This document shows positions 20,575 to 30,888 of a stretch of 62,630 nucleotides of DNA, piece after piece. Each line of letters starts with the position of its first letter. Position 1 is the stretch's first letter. The notes under the pieces were generated by a model. The model ran no database searches. It was given only the letters and a program-made list of their open reading frames with translations, and was not told the origin of the DNA. The stretch is from Roseobacter sp. (GTDB lineage Bacteria; Pseudomonadota; Alphaproteobacteria; Rhodobacterales; Rhodobacteraceae), in assembly GCA_018500125.2 (NCBI GenBank), contig JAHBAM020000048.1:1-62630 (forward strand), read 5' to 3'. The position numbers and the translations under genes are program-made.

Positions 20575-20603
20575 TAAAAAGGCCCCCCAAAATATGGAGG
20601 GCC
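20575..20603 (-). terminator. Intrinsic terminator after peroxiredoxin gene
   Basis: Minus strand GGCCCTCC-loop-GGGGGGCC followed by TTTTT. Confidence 0.6.
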
Positions 20604-20664
20604 AAAGCGTCACGTCAAAACACCCATCAGCGCAGACCGCCAGAGCGCCCTGCCAAAGCGTCCC

Positions 20665-21153
20665 TCAGAGCGCGGCAACCATCGCCTCGCCGCCGGAGAT
20701 ATCGCAGGTTCCGGGGCTGTCTTCGGCATGGAGCACCTTCACCACCCCATCTTCGGCCATCAAAGCATAGCGCTTGGAGCGGCTCACAAAGCCCACGGGC
20801 GGCGCATCAAAATCCATCCCGATCGCCTTTGTAAAGGCACCGGATGAATCCGCCAGCAGGGTGATCCCCTCGCCGGTTGCGCCCGTGGCCTCGCCCCAGG
20901 CGTTCATAACCCAAGGGTCATTGACCGACAGACAGATGATCTCTTCCACACCCTTTGCCGCCAGCGCCGCCTTCTGGCGCAAAAAGCTCGGCATATGGGC
21001 CGAATGGCACGTCGGCGTATATGCCCCCGGCACCGCAAAAATCACAACCTTGCGGCCCTTCAGCTTCTCGCCAAGCTCCACAGGCACAGGTCCCTCCGCG
21101 CCAAGCGTCATCACAGCCACCTCTGGCAGCCTATCTCCAACTGAAATCGTCAT
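20665..21153 (-). CDS. Peroxiredoxin (Prx5/redoxin family)
   Basis: VPGAYTPTC, SVNDPWVM.AW, RSKRYA; start moved to ATG 21153. Confidence 0.93.
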   Translation of the reverse strand: MTISVGDRLPEVAVMTLGAEGPVPVELGEKLKGRKVVIFAVPGAYTPTCHSAHMPSFLRQKAALAAKGVEEIICLSVNDPWVMNAWGEATGATGEGITLLADSSGAFTKAIGMDFDAPPVGFVSRSKRYALMAEDGVVKVLHAEDSPGTCDISGGEAMVAAL

Positions 21154-21237
21154 TTTTGTCGCGTCTCCCTGTTTGCGTTTGCTACATCCAAGCATATAAG
21201 CGTCTTTACGCTCAGAACCAGCAGAAGGATCACTCTG

Positions 21238-22449
21238 ATGTCTCATATTATCGTCGTTGGCGCAGGTCAGGCAGGCGCATCGCTTGTCGCCAAGCTGCGC
21301 AATGAAGGCTTTGAGGGACAGATCACTCTGATCGGCGAAGAAACAGCCCCCCCCTATCAGCGCCCGCCGCTCTCCAAAGCCTATCTTCTGGGCGAAATGG
21401 AGCTTGAGCGGCTCTACCTGCGCCCCGAGAGCTTTTATGCAGATCAAAATATAACCCTGCGCCTTGGCGCTTCGGTCAGCGCGATTGATCCCGCCGCCAA
21501 GACCCTCACAGTCGATGGCGAGGTGCTGGCCTATGACCAGCTCGCGCTGACAACAGGCTCAACCCCGCGCCGCCTGCCCGCCGCCATCGGTGGCGCACTC
21601 GACGGGGTCTATGTGGTGCGTGGCCTGCCAGATGTCGATGCCATGGAGCCGGAGTTCGCCGAGGGCCGCCGCGTGCTGATCATCGGCGGCGGCTACATCG
21701 GTCTTGAGGCCGCCGCCGTGGCCGCCAAAAAGGGCCTCAAAGTCACGCTTGTCGAAATGGCCGACCGCATCCTGCAACGGGTGGCCTCGCCCCAGACATC
21801 CGATTATTTCCGCGCCCTGCACAAGGCGCATGGCGTCACGATCCTTGAGGGCACGGGCCTCACCCGCCTCACAGGCGAGGGCCGCGTCACAGGGGCCGAA
21901 CTCTCTGACGGAACCCGTCTTGAGATCGACTTCGCCCTCGTCGGTGTGGGCATCGCCCCCGCCACCGCGCTGGCCGAAGCCGCTGGCCTGACGCTCGACA
22001 ACGGCATCAAGACCGACGCCCATGGGCGCAGCTCCGACCCCTCGATCTGGGCCGCAGGCGACTGTGCCTCTTTCCCCTATCGCGGCGCGCGCATCCGCCT
22101 TGAAAGCGTGCCCAACGCGATTGATCAGGCCGAAATCGTCGCGCAAAATATGCTCGGCAAAGGCATCGACTATATGGCCAAGCCGTGGTTCTGGTCCGAT
22201 CAATACGATGTCAAACTCCAGATCGCGGGCCTCAACACCGGCTATGACAGCGTGATCACCCGCACGGGCGACAAAGCGGGGGCCGTCTCCTTCTGGTATT
22301 ACCAAGGCAAAACCCTGCTCGCGGTCGACGCGGCGAACGATCCGCGCGCCTATATGATCGGCAAACGCCTGATCGGGGCGGGCAAATCGCCCGCCCCGGA
22401 GGCGGTCGCCGACCCCGCCACCGAGCTCAAATCGCTGATGACCGCGTGA
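21238..22449 (+). CDS. FAD-dependent ferredoxin reductase-like oxidoreductase
   Basis: GAGQAG, PYQRPPLSK, GGGYIGLE, AAGD, PWFWSDQY. Confidence 0.92.
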   Translation: MSHIIVVGAGQAGASLVAKLRNEGFEGQITLIGEETAPPYQRPPLSKAYLLGEMELERLYLRPESFYADQNITLRLGASVSAIDPAAKTLTVDGEVLAYDQLALTTGSTPRRLPAAIGGALDGVYVVRGLPDVDAMEPEFAEGRRVLIIGGGYIGLEAAAVAAKKGLKVTLVEMADRILQRVASPQTSDYFRALHKAHGVTILEGTGLTRLTGEGRVTGAELSDGTRLEIDFALVGVGIAPATALAEAAGLTLDNGIKTDAHGRSSDPSIWAAGDCASFPYRGARIRLESVPNAIDQAEIVAQNMLGKGIDYMAKPWFWSDQYDVKLQIAGLNTGYDSVITRTGDKAGAVSFWYYQGKTLLAVDAANDPRAYMIGKRLIGAGKSPAPEAVADPATELKSLMTA

Positions 22450-23003
22450 GAATTATCGCAGGACACCATCGCGGCCTTGTCTTGGCCGAGGTCGGACAGG
22501 GCGACGCCGCCGCCCATTTGCGGCCCACCTCCGATCGCGTCCGCGAGAGCCTCTTCAATATCCTCGCCCATCACGGCCAGCCCTCGGGCGCGCGGGTGCT
22601 CGATCTCTTCGCCGGCACAGGCGCGCTTGGTCTGGAAGCGCTCAGCCGTGGTGCGGCCCATGTGAGCTATGTCGAAAATGGCCGCGCCGGCCAAAAGCTG
22701 ATCCTTGAAAATCTCGCCAAAGCCCGCCGCACCCAAGACGCAACCTTGCTCAAATGCGACGCCACAAGCCTGCCGCCTGCCCGCTCCCCCTGTGATCTCG
22801 TGTTTCTTGATCCGCCCTATGGCAAGGCGCTCGGCGAGCAGGCCCTCGCCTCTGCCCGCGCGCAAGGCTGGCTGGCGCCCAATGCGCTCATCGTCTGGGA
22901 AGAAAGCGCGCCGATGTATGCGCCCCAAGGCTTCACGCTACAGGATCAGCGCAAATACGGCAGCACCGTCATCACGCTTTTGCGCGCAACCGCTCAGCCG
23001 TAG
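22446..23003 (+). CDS. rsmD: 16S rRNA m2G966 methyltransferase
   Basis: MRIIAG, RPTSDRVRESLFN, LDLFAGTG.LGLEALSRGA, DPPY. Confidence 0.95.
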   Translation: MRIIAGHHRGLVLAEVGQGDAAAHLRPTSDRVRESLFNILAHHGQPSGARVLDLFAGTGALGLEALSRGAAHVSYVENGRAGQKLILENLAKARRTQDATLLKCDATSLPPARSPCDLVFLDPPYGKALGEQALASARAQGWLAPNALIVWEESAPMYAPQGFTLQDQRKYGSTVITLLRATAQP

Positions 23004-23806
23004 GTCGGATGAAACCTGCCCGCCGGCGACAGCGTAAAAATTTCATAGCCCGTCGCCGTGACGCCAATCGAATGCTCAAATTGCGCACTCAGGCTTTTGT
23101 CCCGCGTCACAGCCGTCCAGTCGTCTGCAAGAATTTTGGTTTCAGGCCGCCCGAGATTCACCATTGGCTCGATGGTAAAGAACATCCCCTCCTCCAAAAC
23201 AGGCCCCGTGCCCTCACGCCCGTAATGCAATACATTCGGCGGCGCATGAAACACCGCGCCAAGCCCGTGCCCGCAAAAGTCGCGCACAACAGACATCCGC
23301 TGCGCCTCCACAAAGCTCTGGATCGCAAAGCCGATATCGCCAAAGGTATTGCCCGGCTTCACCGCCTCGATCCCCCTGAAAAGCGCCTCATGGGTCACTT
23401 CAATGAGCCGCTCGGCCTTGCGCGCCAGCTTGCCGGCGACAAACATACGGCTCGTATCTCCAAACCAGCCGTCCACAATCACCGTGACATCAATGTTGAG
23501 AATATCGCCGTCCTTGAGCTTCTTGTCAGACGGAATGCCGTGACAGACCACATGGTTGATCGAAATACAGCTCGCGTGCTCATAGCCCTTATAGCCGATG
23601 GTGGCCGAGGTCGCCCCCGCCGCATTGACCATCTCTTCAACAATACGGTCAATCTCGGCTGTGCTCTGCCCGACAAAAACGTGCTCGCCAATGCGATCAA
23701 GGATCTCTGCCGCAAGGCGCCCCGCCGCGCGCATCCCTGAAAAATCGGCCTCACTGTGAATGCGTATGCCGTCTCTCGTCACTGGTCCGTTATGTTTCTC
23801 ACCCAC
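22994..23806 (-). CDS. map: Methionine aminopeptidase type I
   Basis: VCHGIP, NIDVT, GDTSR, CGHG, FTIEPM, SAQFEH. Confidence 0.96.
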   Translation of the reverse strand: MGEKHNGPVTRDGIRIHSEADFSGMRAAGRLAAEILDRIGEHVFVGQSTAEIDRIVEEMVNAAGATSATIGYKGYEHASCISINHVVCHGIPSDKKLKDGDILNIDVTVIVDGWFGDTSRMFVAGKLARKAERLIEVTHEALFRGIEAVKPGNTFGDIGFAIQSFVEAQRMSVVRDFCGHGLGAVFHAPPNVLHYGREGTGPVLEEGMFFTIEPMVNLGRPETKILADDWTAVTRDKSLSAQFEHSIGVTATGYEIFTLSPAGRFHPTYG

Positions 23807-23920
23807 GGCGCTGGCCTCATCTGTATCTGGTCACTTTCGCCTTACATAAATCGGATCAAGCCCAAGGGCCACCCCAAGCCTCGCAGGGGCGCTGGCCCCT
23901 GTCTCACAGCAGCAGATTTC

Positions 23921-24619
23921 TCACAGCTGCAAAGCCAAAGGCCCCTTGAGCGCAATCCCCTGCGGATCAATCCTGCAATCATAGGCCAGGGCCTCAACCC
24001 CCGCCGCCATGGCCGCGCGCAGCCCCGCCGCATAGGCCGGGTCAATATCTTTGGCCACGGTTACAGCTTGCGCATCGGTGCGCTGCACCAGAAAAAACAG
24101 CACCGCCCTGTGCCCTTGGGCCACCATGGCGGCAAGCTCCTGCAAATGCTTCAGCCCCCGCGCCGTAACCGAATCGGGAAATTCGGCCAGCCCGGCCTGC
24201 CGCATCAGCGTGACCGATTTCACCTCAAGATAAATGTCGCGCGCCCCGCCTTGCAGCAGAAAATCCACACGGCTTTTCTCGCCATATTTCACTTCCGGGC
24301 GCAGCTGCACATAGTCCAGCCCGCCAATCTCGCCCGTCTCAAGCGCCGCCTTCACCACGCGGTTCGCCACAGAGGTGTCCACGCCGCTAAACTGCCCCGC
24401 CCCGTGCTCCACGAGCCGCCAGCCGTATTTGAGCTTCTTCTTGGGGTCGTCATTCGGCTCAACCCAAATCCGCATCCCCGCCTCGGCCAGCCCCATCATG
24501 GAGCCGGGGTTGGCACAATGCGCCACCGCCTCGCGCCCGTCCGCAAGCCGGATATCGGCGAGAAAGCGTTTGTAGCGGCGCAAGAGTGTCGCAGGCTCAA
24601 GTGGGGTTTGAAAGCGCAT
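23921..24619 (-). CDS. sfsA: DNA/RNA nuclease SfsA
   Basis: RYKRFLAD, HCANPGSM, SRVDF, EVKSVTL, FPDSVTARG.KHL. Confidence 0.95.
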   Translation of the reverse strand: MRFQTPLEPATLLRRYKRFLADIRLADGREAVAHCANPGSMMGLAEAGMRIWVEPNDDPKKKLKYGWRLVEHGAGQFSGVDTSVANRVVKAALETGEIGGLDYVQLRPEVKYGEKSRVDFLLQGGARDIYLEVKSVTLMRQAGLAEFPDSVTARGLKHLQELAAMVAQGHRAVLFFLVQRTDAQAVTVAKDIDPAYAAGLRAAMAAGVEALAYDCRIDPQGIALKGPLALQL

Positions 24620-24665
24620 GGCTTACGGCCTATACCCAAGCCAAGCCAGCTTCAAGGAACACCGC

Positions 24666-25388
24666 ATGAAGAACCCAACAGCCGCACTGCTCGTCATCGG
24701 CGACGAGATCCTCTCAGGCCGCACCCGCGACGCCAATATGCACCACCTCGCAGGCGAGCTGACCAAAGCAGGGATCACCCTCTCGGAGGTGCGCGTGGTG
24801 TCCGACGATGCCCCCGCCATCGTCGCCGCCGTGCGCGCACTTTCAGACTGCTATGACACCGTCTTCACATCGGGCGGCATCGGCCCGACCCATGACGACA
24901 TCACCGCCGATTGTATCGCCGAGGCCTTCGGGGCGCATATTGATGTGCGCGATGATGCGCGCGCGCTTCTGGCGGCCTTTTACGCCGAGACAGGCCGGGA
25001 GTTCAACGCCGCGCGGATGCGCATGGCCCGTATCCCTGACGGCGCCACGCTGATTGACAACCCGGTCTCCGTCGCGCCGGGCTTCACCCTCGGCAATGTC
25101 CATGTGATGGCCGGTGTGCCCTCGGTCTTTCAGGCCATGCTGGCCACTGTCCTGCCCGGCCTCACAGGCGGCGCGCCGCTTCTGAGCCAGACCCTGCGCA
25201 TCAACCGCGGCGAAGGCGATATCGCCGGCCCCTTGGCCGAGCTGGCCGCGCGCTACCCCGCTGTGTCTATCGGCTCCTACCCGTTTCAGGACAATGGCGT
25301 CTACGGCGCCAATATCGTCATGCGCAGCGCCGATGGCCCGCTGCTTGACAAAGCCATGTGCGAACTGGCGGAGATTTTTCCCGCATGA
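24666..25388 (+). CDS. Molybdopterin-binding/CinA N-terminal-like protein
   Basis: IGDEILSGRTRDAN, SGGIGPTHDDIT, MAGVP. Confidence 0.88.
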   Translation: MKNPTAALLVIGDEILSGRTRDANMHHLAGELTKAGITLSEVRVVSDDAPAIVAAVRALSDCYDTVFTSGGIGPTHDDITADCIAEAFGAHIDVRDDARALLAAFYAETGREFNAARMRMARIPDGATLIDNPVSVAPGFTLGNVHVMAGVPSVFQAMLATVLPGLTGGAPLLSQTLRINRGEGDIAGPLAELAARYPAVSIGSYPFQDNGVYGANIVMRSADGPLLDKAMCELAEIFPA

Positions 25389-26125
25389 CCCTGCCCGACA
25401 TCCACAAGCTCTATGATGTGGTCGATGGCACATGGCCCGCCGCCGATTATACGCAGACAGGCCCGTGGCTCTTTCGCCGTGGCGCAGGCGGTGGGCAGCG
25501 CGTCAGCGCCACAACCGCCTGTGGCCCTGTCACTGGCGAGGATATCGCCACAGCCGAAGCGCAGATGACGGCGATGGGCCAACCCAAGCTCTTTATGGTC
25601 CGCGAGGGCGAAGAAACGCTGGATGCGCTCCTTGAGGCGGCGGGCTATGACCTCCACGATCCGGTCACAGCCTATGTTGCGCCGGTCGCGCTCTTTGAAG
25701 GCAAGCGCCCGCCCCCGGTCTGTGCGCTGCTGGCCTGGGAGCCTCTGGCCATCATGCTCGACATCTGGGCCAAAGGCGGCATCACCGGAGGCCGCATTGA
25801 TGTGATGCACCGCGCTCCCGGCCCCAAAACAGGCCTCATCGGACGGCTCAACGACCACCCCGCCGCCGCCGCCTTTTGTGCCATTCATGACGGTGTCGCC
25901 ATGGTGCACGCGCTGGAAGTCTTGCCCCACCAACGCCAGCAAAGCATGGGCAAATATGCCATGTATGAGCTGGCGCACTGGGCCGCACGCAACGGCGCAA
26001 GCCATATCGCACTGGTGGTCACACAGGCCAATCAGGCGGGCAATGCGCTCTACACTTCCCTCGGCATGACATCTGTGGGACAGTATCACTACCGCTTGAA
26101 AAAAGAGGGCCGACATGAGCCATAA
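25385..26125 (+). CDS. GNAT family N-acetyltransferase
   Basis: C-terminal LEV.P..RQQSMG motif A and N..GNALY.SLGM; ATGA overlap with upstream gene. Confidence 0.8.
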   Translation: MTLPDIHKLYDVVDGTWPAADYTQTGPWLFRRGAGGGQRVSATTACGPVTGEDIATAEAQMTAMGQPKLFMVREGEETLDALLEAAGYDLHDPVTAYVAPVALFEGKRPPPVCALLAWEPLAIMLDIWAKGGITGGRIDVMHRAPGPKTGLIGRLNDHPAAAAFCAIHDGVAMVHALEVLPHQRQQSMGKYAMYELAHWAARNGASHIALVVTQANQAGNALYTSLGMTSVGQYHYRLKKEGRHEP

Positions 26126-26684
26126 ACAACCGACTGCGCTGGATCTTCCCATGCTTGATCCGCTCCCCGACGAGACGCAGAAATACTTTGATATCTGTCA
26201 GGACAAGCTCGGCCTCGTGCCAAATGTGCTAAAAGCCTATGCCTTTGACATCGACAAGCTCAACGCCTTCACCGCGCTCTACAATGACCTGATGCTCGCC
26301 CAAAGCGGCCTGAGCAAGCTCGAACGCGAGATGATCGCTGTGGCGGTCTCCTCGATCAACAAATGCTTTTACTGCCTCACAGCCCACGGACAGGCCGTGC
26401 GCCGGCTCTCGGGCGATCCTATGCTGGGCGAAATGATGGTGATGAACTGGCGCGCCGCCGATCTGGACGCGCGCCAAACCGCCATGCTCGCCTTTGCCGA
26501 GAAAATCACCGTCGCCAGCCACACCATTGTCGAGGCCGACCGCGCGGCGCTGCGCACTGCGGGCTTTTCTGACCGCGACATCTGGGACATTGCCAATGTC
26601 GCAGGCTTTTACAACATGACCAACCGCGTGGCCTCCGCCACAGATATGCGCCCAAATGATGAGTATCACGCGCAATCGCGCTAA
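26115..26684 (+). CDS. Peroxidase-related AhpD/CMD family protein
   Basis: GLVPNV, EREMIAVAVS..NKCFYCLTAH, FYNMTNR. Confidence 0.9.
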   Translation: MSHKQPTALDLPMLDPLPDETQKYFDICQDKLGLVPNVLKAYAFDIDKLNAFTALYNDLMLAQSGLSKLEREMIAVAVSSINKCFYCLTAHGQAVRRLSGDPMLGEMMVMNWRAADLDARQTAMLAFAEKITVASHTIVEADRAALRTAGFSDRDIWDIANVAGFYNMTNRVASATDMRPNDEYHAQSR

Positions 26685-27633
26685 TGTTTTCTGCGCCACA
26701 CTGGCGCTTCTCTGCCTGACGGCGGCACCGCTTTTCGCCCAAGCGCTGGCGCTGCCGGCCAACGCGCGGCTGACGCGGGAAGTGGTGAAAAGCACCGCCA
26801 GCTATTCGGCGCCGGTCGCGCCCTATGCGGCGGGGCTTCTGCCGGTGTTCGAAGTGCAGGGCCGCATCACAAAACAAGCCTACCGCATCCCGCAACAAGG
26901 CGTCACCCCGCAACAGATCCTCACCCCCATCGAGGAAAGTCTGGCGGCGGCGGGCTTTGAGCCGCTGTTCAAATGTCAGGACAGGTTTTGTGGCGGCTTT
27001 GACTTTCGCTTCTCGACCGATGTCTTGCCTGCGCCCGATATGTTCGTCGATCTGTTTGACTATATCTTCCTCACCGCGCGGCGGATGCCGGACGGCGGCA
27101 CAGCCTCCGACTATATCACCCTGCTTGTGAGCCGCGACAGCACAGCCGGCTATGTCCAGATCATCCAGATCACCCCCGAGGGCGCACGCCCTTTGCCCAC
27201 CGAACGCGGCGAGGCCCTTGTCGTTGACGCCGTCACCTCCTCGGGCCGGCCCGAAGCCCTGCTCGGGCCACAGCTTGAAACCCAGGGCCACGCCATTCTG
27301 TCCGATCTTGCGTTTGAAACCGGCGCAGCCGAGCTTGGCGCAGGCCCCTTTGCCAGCCTTGAGGCCCTCGCCAGCTACCTGCGCGCCAATCCGGCCCGCA
27401 GGGTCGCGCTGGTCGGCCATACCGATACTGTTGGCGCGCTGAGCGGCAATATCGCGCTCTCCAAACGCCGCGCCACATCGGTCATGCAGCGCCTCGCCAC
27501 GGTCTATGCGATTCCGGCGGCGCAGATGGAAGCCGAAGGCATGGGATATCTGTCGCCCGTCCTCAGCAACCTCACGCCGGAGGGGCGCGAGGCCAACAGG
27601 CGCGTCGAGGTGGTGCTTTTGAGCACCGATTGA
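26656..27633 (+). CDS. OmpA family protein with N-terminal extra domain
   Basis: Signal peptide; CxxxxCGGFDF; VGHTD, N..LS..RA, NRRVE. Confidence 0.88.
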   Translation: MMSITRNRANVFCATLALLCLTAAPLFAQALALPANARLTREVVKSTASYSAPVAPYAAGLLPVFEVQGRITKQAYRIPQQGVTPQQILTPIEESLAAAGFEPLFKCQDRFCGGFDFRFSTDVLPAPDMFVDLFDYIFLTARRMPDGGTASDYITLLVSRDSTAGYVQIIQITPEGARPLPTERGEALVVDAVTSSGRPEALLGPQLETQGHAILSDLAFETGAAELGAGPFASLEALASYLRANPARRVALVGHTDTVGALSGNIALSKRRATSVMQRLATVYAIPAAQMEAEGMGYLSPVLSNLTPEGREANRRVEVVLLSTD

Positions 27634-27667
27634 GAGGCCGCGCCGCTCGCGCAAGCGGCAGGCAAGA

Positions 27668-27740
27668 TCGAATTTGCTTCGCAAATCCGACCGATGAGGG
27701 GCTCTGCCCCTCACCCCGGGATATTTTGAGAAAGAAAAAG
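27668..27740 (+). repeat. Dispersed multi-hairpin intergenic element, copy A
   Basis: TCGAATTTGC-TTC-GCAAATCCGA, GAGGGGC-TCT-GCCCCTC, CCCCGGGATATTTTGAGAAAGAAAAAG. Confidence 0.8.
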
Positions 27741-27845
27741 AGCCAGAGGTAGCTCGGCAAAAGCGGGCCTCGGGGTTGGACAAATCCTCTCTGTCAGGCT
27801 GCGGCAAGACTTGACGGCCCAGAAGAGAGCAGGCATTTGGCAGTC

Positions 27846-28193
27846 ATGCTGATCCTCAAGATACTCCGCGCCGCCGAATGGGCGGCCCTGCGCGCCAACG
27901 GCGAAAGCCCGGGCGCGCCGATTGATATAGCCGACGGCTATGTGCATTTCTCAACGCCGGCGCAGGCCCAAGAGACCGCCGCCAAGCATTTTGCGGGCGA
28001 GGACGGCCTTGTGCTGCTGGCTGCAGACACCGAAGCTCTGGATCAGGACCTTGAATGGGAAGTCTCGCGCGGCGATGATCTGTTTCCCCATCTCTATCGC
28101 CCCCTGAAGCTTTCGGATGTGGTGGCGCAGTGGCCGCTGCCGCTTGTGGAGGGCGTTCATGTCTTCCCGCAAGAGGCGCTGGCCGATGACTAA
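27846..28193 (+). CDS. DUF952 domain protein
   Basis: [29 protein letters not shown]; directly upstream of pyrD. Confidence 0.9.
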   Translation: MLILKILRAAEWAALRANGESPGAPIDIADGYVHFSTPAQAQETAAKHFAGEDGLVLLAADTEALDQDLEWEVSRGDDLFPHLYRPLKLSDVVAQWPLPLVEGVHVFPQEALADD

Positions 28194-29244
28194 GCTCGAA
28201 GCGCTCGCCCTCAAAGCCCTGCACGCTTTTGATCCGGAGCGTGCCCATGGTCTCGCCCTCGCGGCGCTCAGGCTGGGCCTCGTGCCGCTTTCCGGCCCTG
28301 TCACATCGCCGCGTCTGGCAACCGAGGTTGCGGGCCTCGCCCTGCCCAATCCTGTCGGCCTCGCCGCGGGCTTTGACAAAAACGCCGAGGCGCTTGCCCC
28401 GCTCGCGCGCGCGGGCTTCGGCTTTGTCGAGGTTGGCGCCGTGACGCCGCGCGCCCAAGCCGGCAACCCCAAGCCGCGCCTCTTCCGCCTGCCCGAGGAC
28501 GGCGCCGTGATCAACCGCTTTGGCTTTAACAACAAGGGCATGGCAGCCGCCTCTGCACGTCTGGCGCGCCGCCCGCAGGGGGCCGTGATTGGCCTCAACC
28601 TCGGGGCCAACAAAGACAGCGAGAACCGCGCCGAAGACTTTGCCCGGGTGCTGAGCTACTGCGGCGCGCATCTTGATTTTGCCACGGTCAATGTCTCCTC
28701 TCCCAACACCGAAAAACTGCGCGATCTGCAGGGGGCCGAGGCGCTGTCTGCCCTGCTCGCAGGGGTGATGGAGGCCAACAGCTGGCTCAAGACGCCTTTG
28801 CCGATCTTTCTCAAGATTGCGCCGGACCTGAGCGACACAGAGATCAGTGAAATCGCCGATGTCGCCCGCGCGCAGGGCCTCAGCGCCATCATCGCAACCA
28901 ACACCACCCTGTCGCGGGACGGCCTCCAAAGCGCCGCCGGGCGCGAGGCTGGCGGCCTCTCCGGCGCGCCGCTCTTTGAGCGCTCCACGCGGGTGCTGGC
29001 CAAGCTCTCCAAAGCCACCGAAGGCCGGTTGCCGCTGATCGGCGTTGGCGGCATCGCCACAGCCGAGCAGGCCTATGCCAAAATCCGCGCCGGCGCCTGC
29101 GCTGTGCAGCTCTATTCCGCGCTCATTTATCACGGCCTCAGCCTCGCCGGAGAGATCGCCCATGGCCTTGAGGCGCTGCTTGAGAAAGACGGGTTTGCCA
29201 CGGTTGCAGAGGCCGTCGGAACAGGGCGCGACGCATGGCTCTGA
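28186..29244 (+). CDS. pyrD: Quinone-dependent dihydroorotate dehydrogenase
   Basis: [37 protein letters not shown]. Confidence 0.96.
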   Translation: MTKLEALALKALHAFDPERAHGLALAALRLGLVPLSGPVTSPRLATEVAGLALPNPVGLAAGFDKNAEALAPLARAGFGFVEVGAVTPRAQAGNPKPRLFRLPEDGAVINRFGFNNKGMAAASARLARRPQGAVIGLNLGANKDSENRAEDFARVLSYCGAHLDFATVNVSSPNTEKLRDLQGAEALSALLAGVMEANSWLKTPLPIFLKIAPDLSDTEISEIADVARAQGLSAIIATNTTLSRDGLQSAAGREAGGLSGAPLFERSTRVLAKLSKATEGRLPLIGVGGIATAEQAYAKIRAGACAVQLYSALIYHGLSLAGEIAHGLEALLEKDGFATVAEAVGTGRDAWL

Positions 29245-29573
29245 TCATCTGGCACAACCCGCGCTGCTCCAAGTCGCGCCAGACACTGGCGCTGATCGAG
29301 GCCCATGCGCCGCAAATCCGCCTATACCTCACAGACGCCCCGAGCGAGGCCGAGCTGCGCGCCGCCGCCGCCGCGCTTGGCCTTGGGCCGCTCCAGATGA
29401 TGCGCACAGGCGAGCCCGAATTCAAAGCCGAGGGCCTGAGCCAAGACAGCTCTGATGCGGAGCTTTTTGCCGCCATGGCCCGTGTGCCCAAGCTCATTGA
29501 GCGGCCCATTGTGTTTGCAGGCGATAAAGCCGTGATAGGCCGCCCGCCCGAGGCTGTGCTCAGCCTGCTTTAG
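29235..29573 (+). CDS. arsC: ArsC family (glutaredoxin-type) arsenate reductase-like protein
   Basis: HNPRCSKSR and LIERPIV...IGRPPE. Confidence 0.85.
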   Translation: MALIIWHNPRCSKSRQTLALIEAHAPQIRLYLTDAPSEAELRAAAAALGLGPLQMMRTGEPEFKAEGLSQDSSDAELFAAMARVPKLIERPIVFAGDKAVIGRPPEAVLSLL

Positions 29574-30888
29574 CGGCCCGCTCAAGAGCCGGGTAGCGCA
29601 AGGCAAGGCTCCCCGCGCGGGCGACAAACGAGATATGCAACGCCAGCCAAAGCCCGTGGTTGTCCATCCGCGGCATCAAGGCCCAGGCCGCAAGCACATA
29701 GACCGCAAAGGCCACAGCCATCATATTGCGCATATCCGCCGTGCGCGTCGCACCGATGAATATCCCGTCAAACTGCGTCAGCCCCACGATCATCACAGGC
29801 GCAGCCACGAGCCACGGCAGATAGCTGCGCGCCTCCGCCTGCACCTCGGGCGCCTTGGTCATCACATCAATCATCGCCGGGCCAACCAGCCAGAAGCCAA
29901 GCGCCAGAAGCCCCCCCAGCGCCAGCGCCCAATAGCTCGTCAGCACCGCCGCGCGCCGCACCCGCGCCACCGCCGCCGCGCCAAAGGCCTGCCCCACCAG
30001 CGCCTCGGCCGCAAAGGCAAAGCCGTCCAGCGCATAGCCCGTGATGTGCAAAAACTGCAACAAGACCTGATTGGCCGCCAGCGTCACATCGCCAAAGCGC
30101 CCGCCCAGCAGCAGAAACGACACGAAAATGCCCTGAAGCAAGAGCGAGCGGACCAGAATATCGCTGTTCACAACAGCCATCCGCCTCAGCTTGATCCGGT
30201 CAAACACCCGCGCCCAGTCGCGCCAAGCGGTGTGGCGAAAGGCCTGCCGGCACATCCACAGCCCAAGCATCAGCCCGGACCACTCGGCAATAAACGTGGC
30301 CCAGGCCACCCCCGCAACACCCCAGCCCAAGGCAAGCACAAACACAAGGTCCAGCCCCACATTGACCCCGTTCATCAAAAGCTGGATCCAGAGCACCTCC
30401 CGCGTGCGCTCCTGCGCAATCAGCCAGCCGGTGATGCCATACATGGCAATCGCCGCAGGGGCCGAGAAGATCCGGATCTGCATATAGGTTGCCGCCAGCC
30501 CCTCCACCTCAGCGCTCGCAGGCGACAGGCGGAACGCCCCCCAGAAAAGGAGCGGCTGGATCAGGATAAAGAAAACACCCCCCGCAAAGCCGATCATCAG
30601 GGCGCGGGTCAGCAGCGCGGCCACCTCGCCCGCCTCGCCACGGCCCGCCGCCTGGCTGGTCAGGCCGGTTGTGCCCATGCGCAAAAAGCCGAAGACCCAG
30701 TATATCGCCGAAAGAATCACAGCGCCCACACCCACCGCCGCAATCGGCGCAGCATCCGGGATCTGGCCCACAACAGCCGTGTCCACCGCCCCCAGAATGG
30801 GGATCGTCACATTGGCCAGTAAAATCGGAATGGCGATCTTGAGCACCCTGCGATGGGTGATCTGTGCGTCGCCGCCCGCCTCACCCAT
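29560..30888 (-). CDS. MATE family efflux transporter (DinF-like)
   Basis: GAVDTAVVG, FGFLRMGTTG, LDGFAFAAE, DGIFIGAT. Confidence 0.92.
   Translation of the reverse strand: MGEAGGDAQITHRRVLKIAIPILLANVTIPILGAVDTAVVGQIPDAAPIAAVGVGAVILSAIYWVFGFLRMGTTGLTSQAAGRGEAGEVAALLTRALMIGFAGGVFFILIQPLLFWGAFRLSPASAEVEGLAATYMQIRIFSAPAAIAMYGITGWLIAQERTREVLWIQLLMNGVNVGLDLVFVLALGWGVAGVAWATFIAEWSGLMLGLWMCRQAFRHTAWRDWARVFDRIKLRRMAVVNSDILVRSLLLQGIFVSFLLLGGRFGDVTLAANQVLLQFLHITGYALDGFAFAAEALVGQAFGAAAVARVRRAAVLTSYWALALGGLLALGFWLVGPAMIDVMTKAPEVQAEARSYLPWLVAAPVMIVGLTQFDGIFIGATRTADMRNMMAVAFAVYVLAAWALMPRMDNHGLWLALHISFVARAGSLALRYPALERAAKAG

Noticed and set aside
29235-29573. Arsenic resistance or arsenosugar island (arsC plus TIGR04282 gene)
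   Set aside because: The genes are about 25 kb apart, with no arsR, arsB/acr3 or arsM
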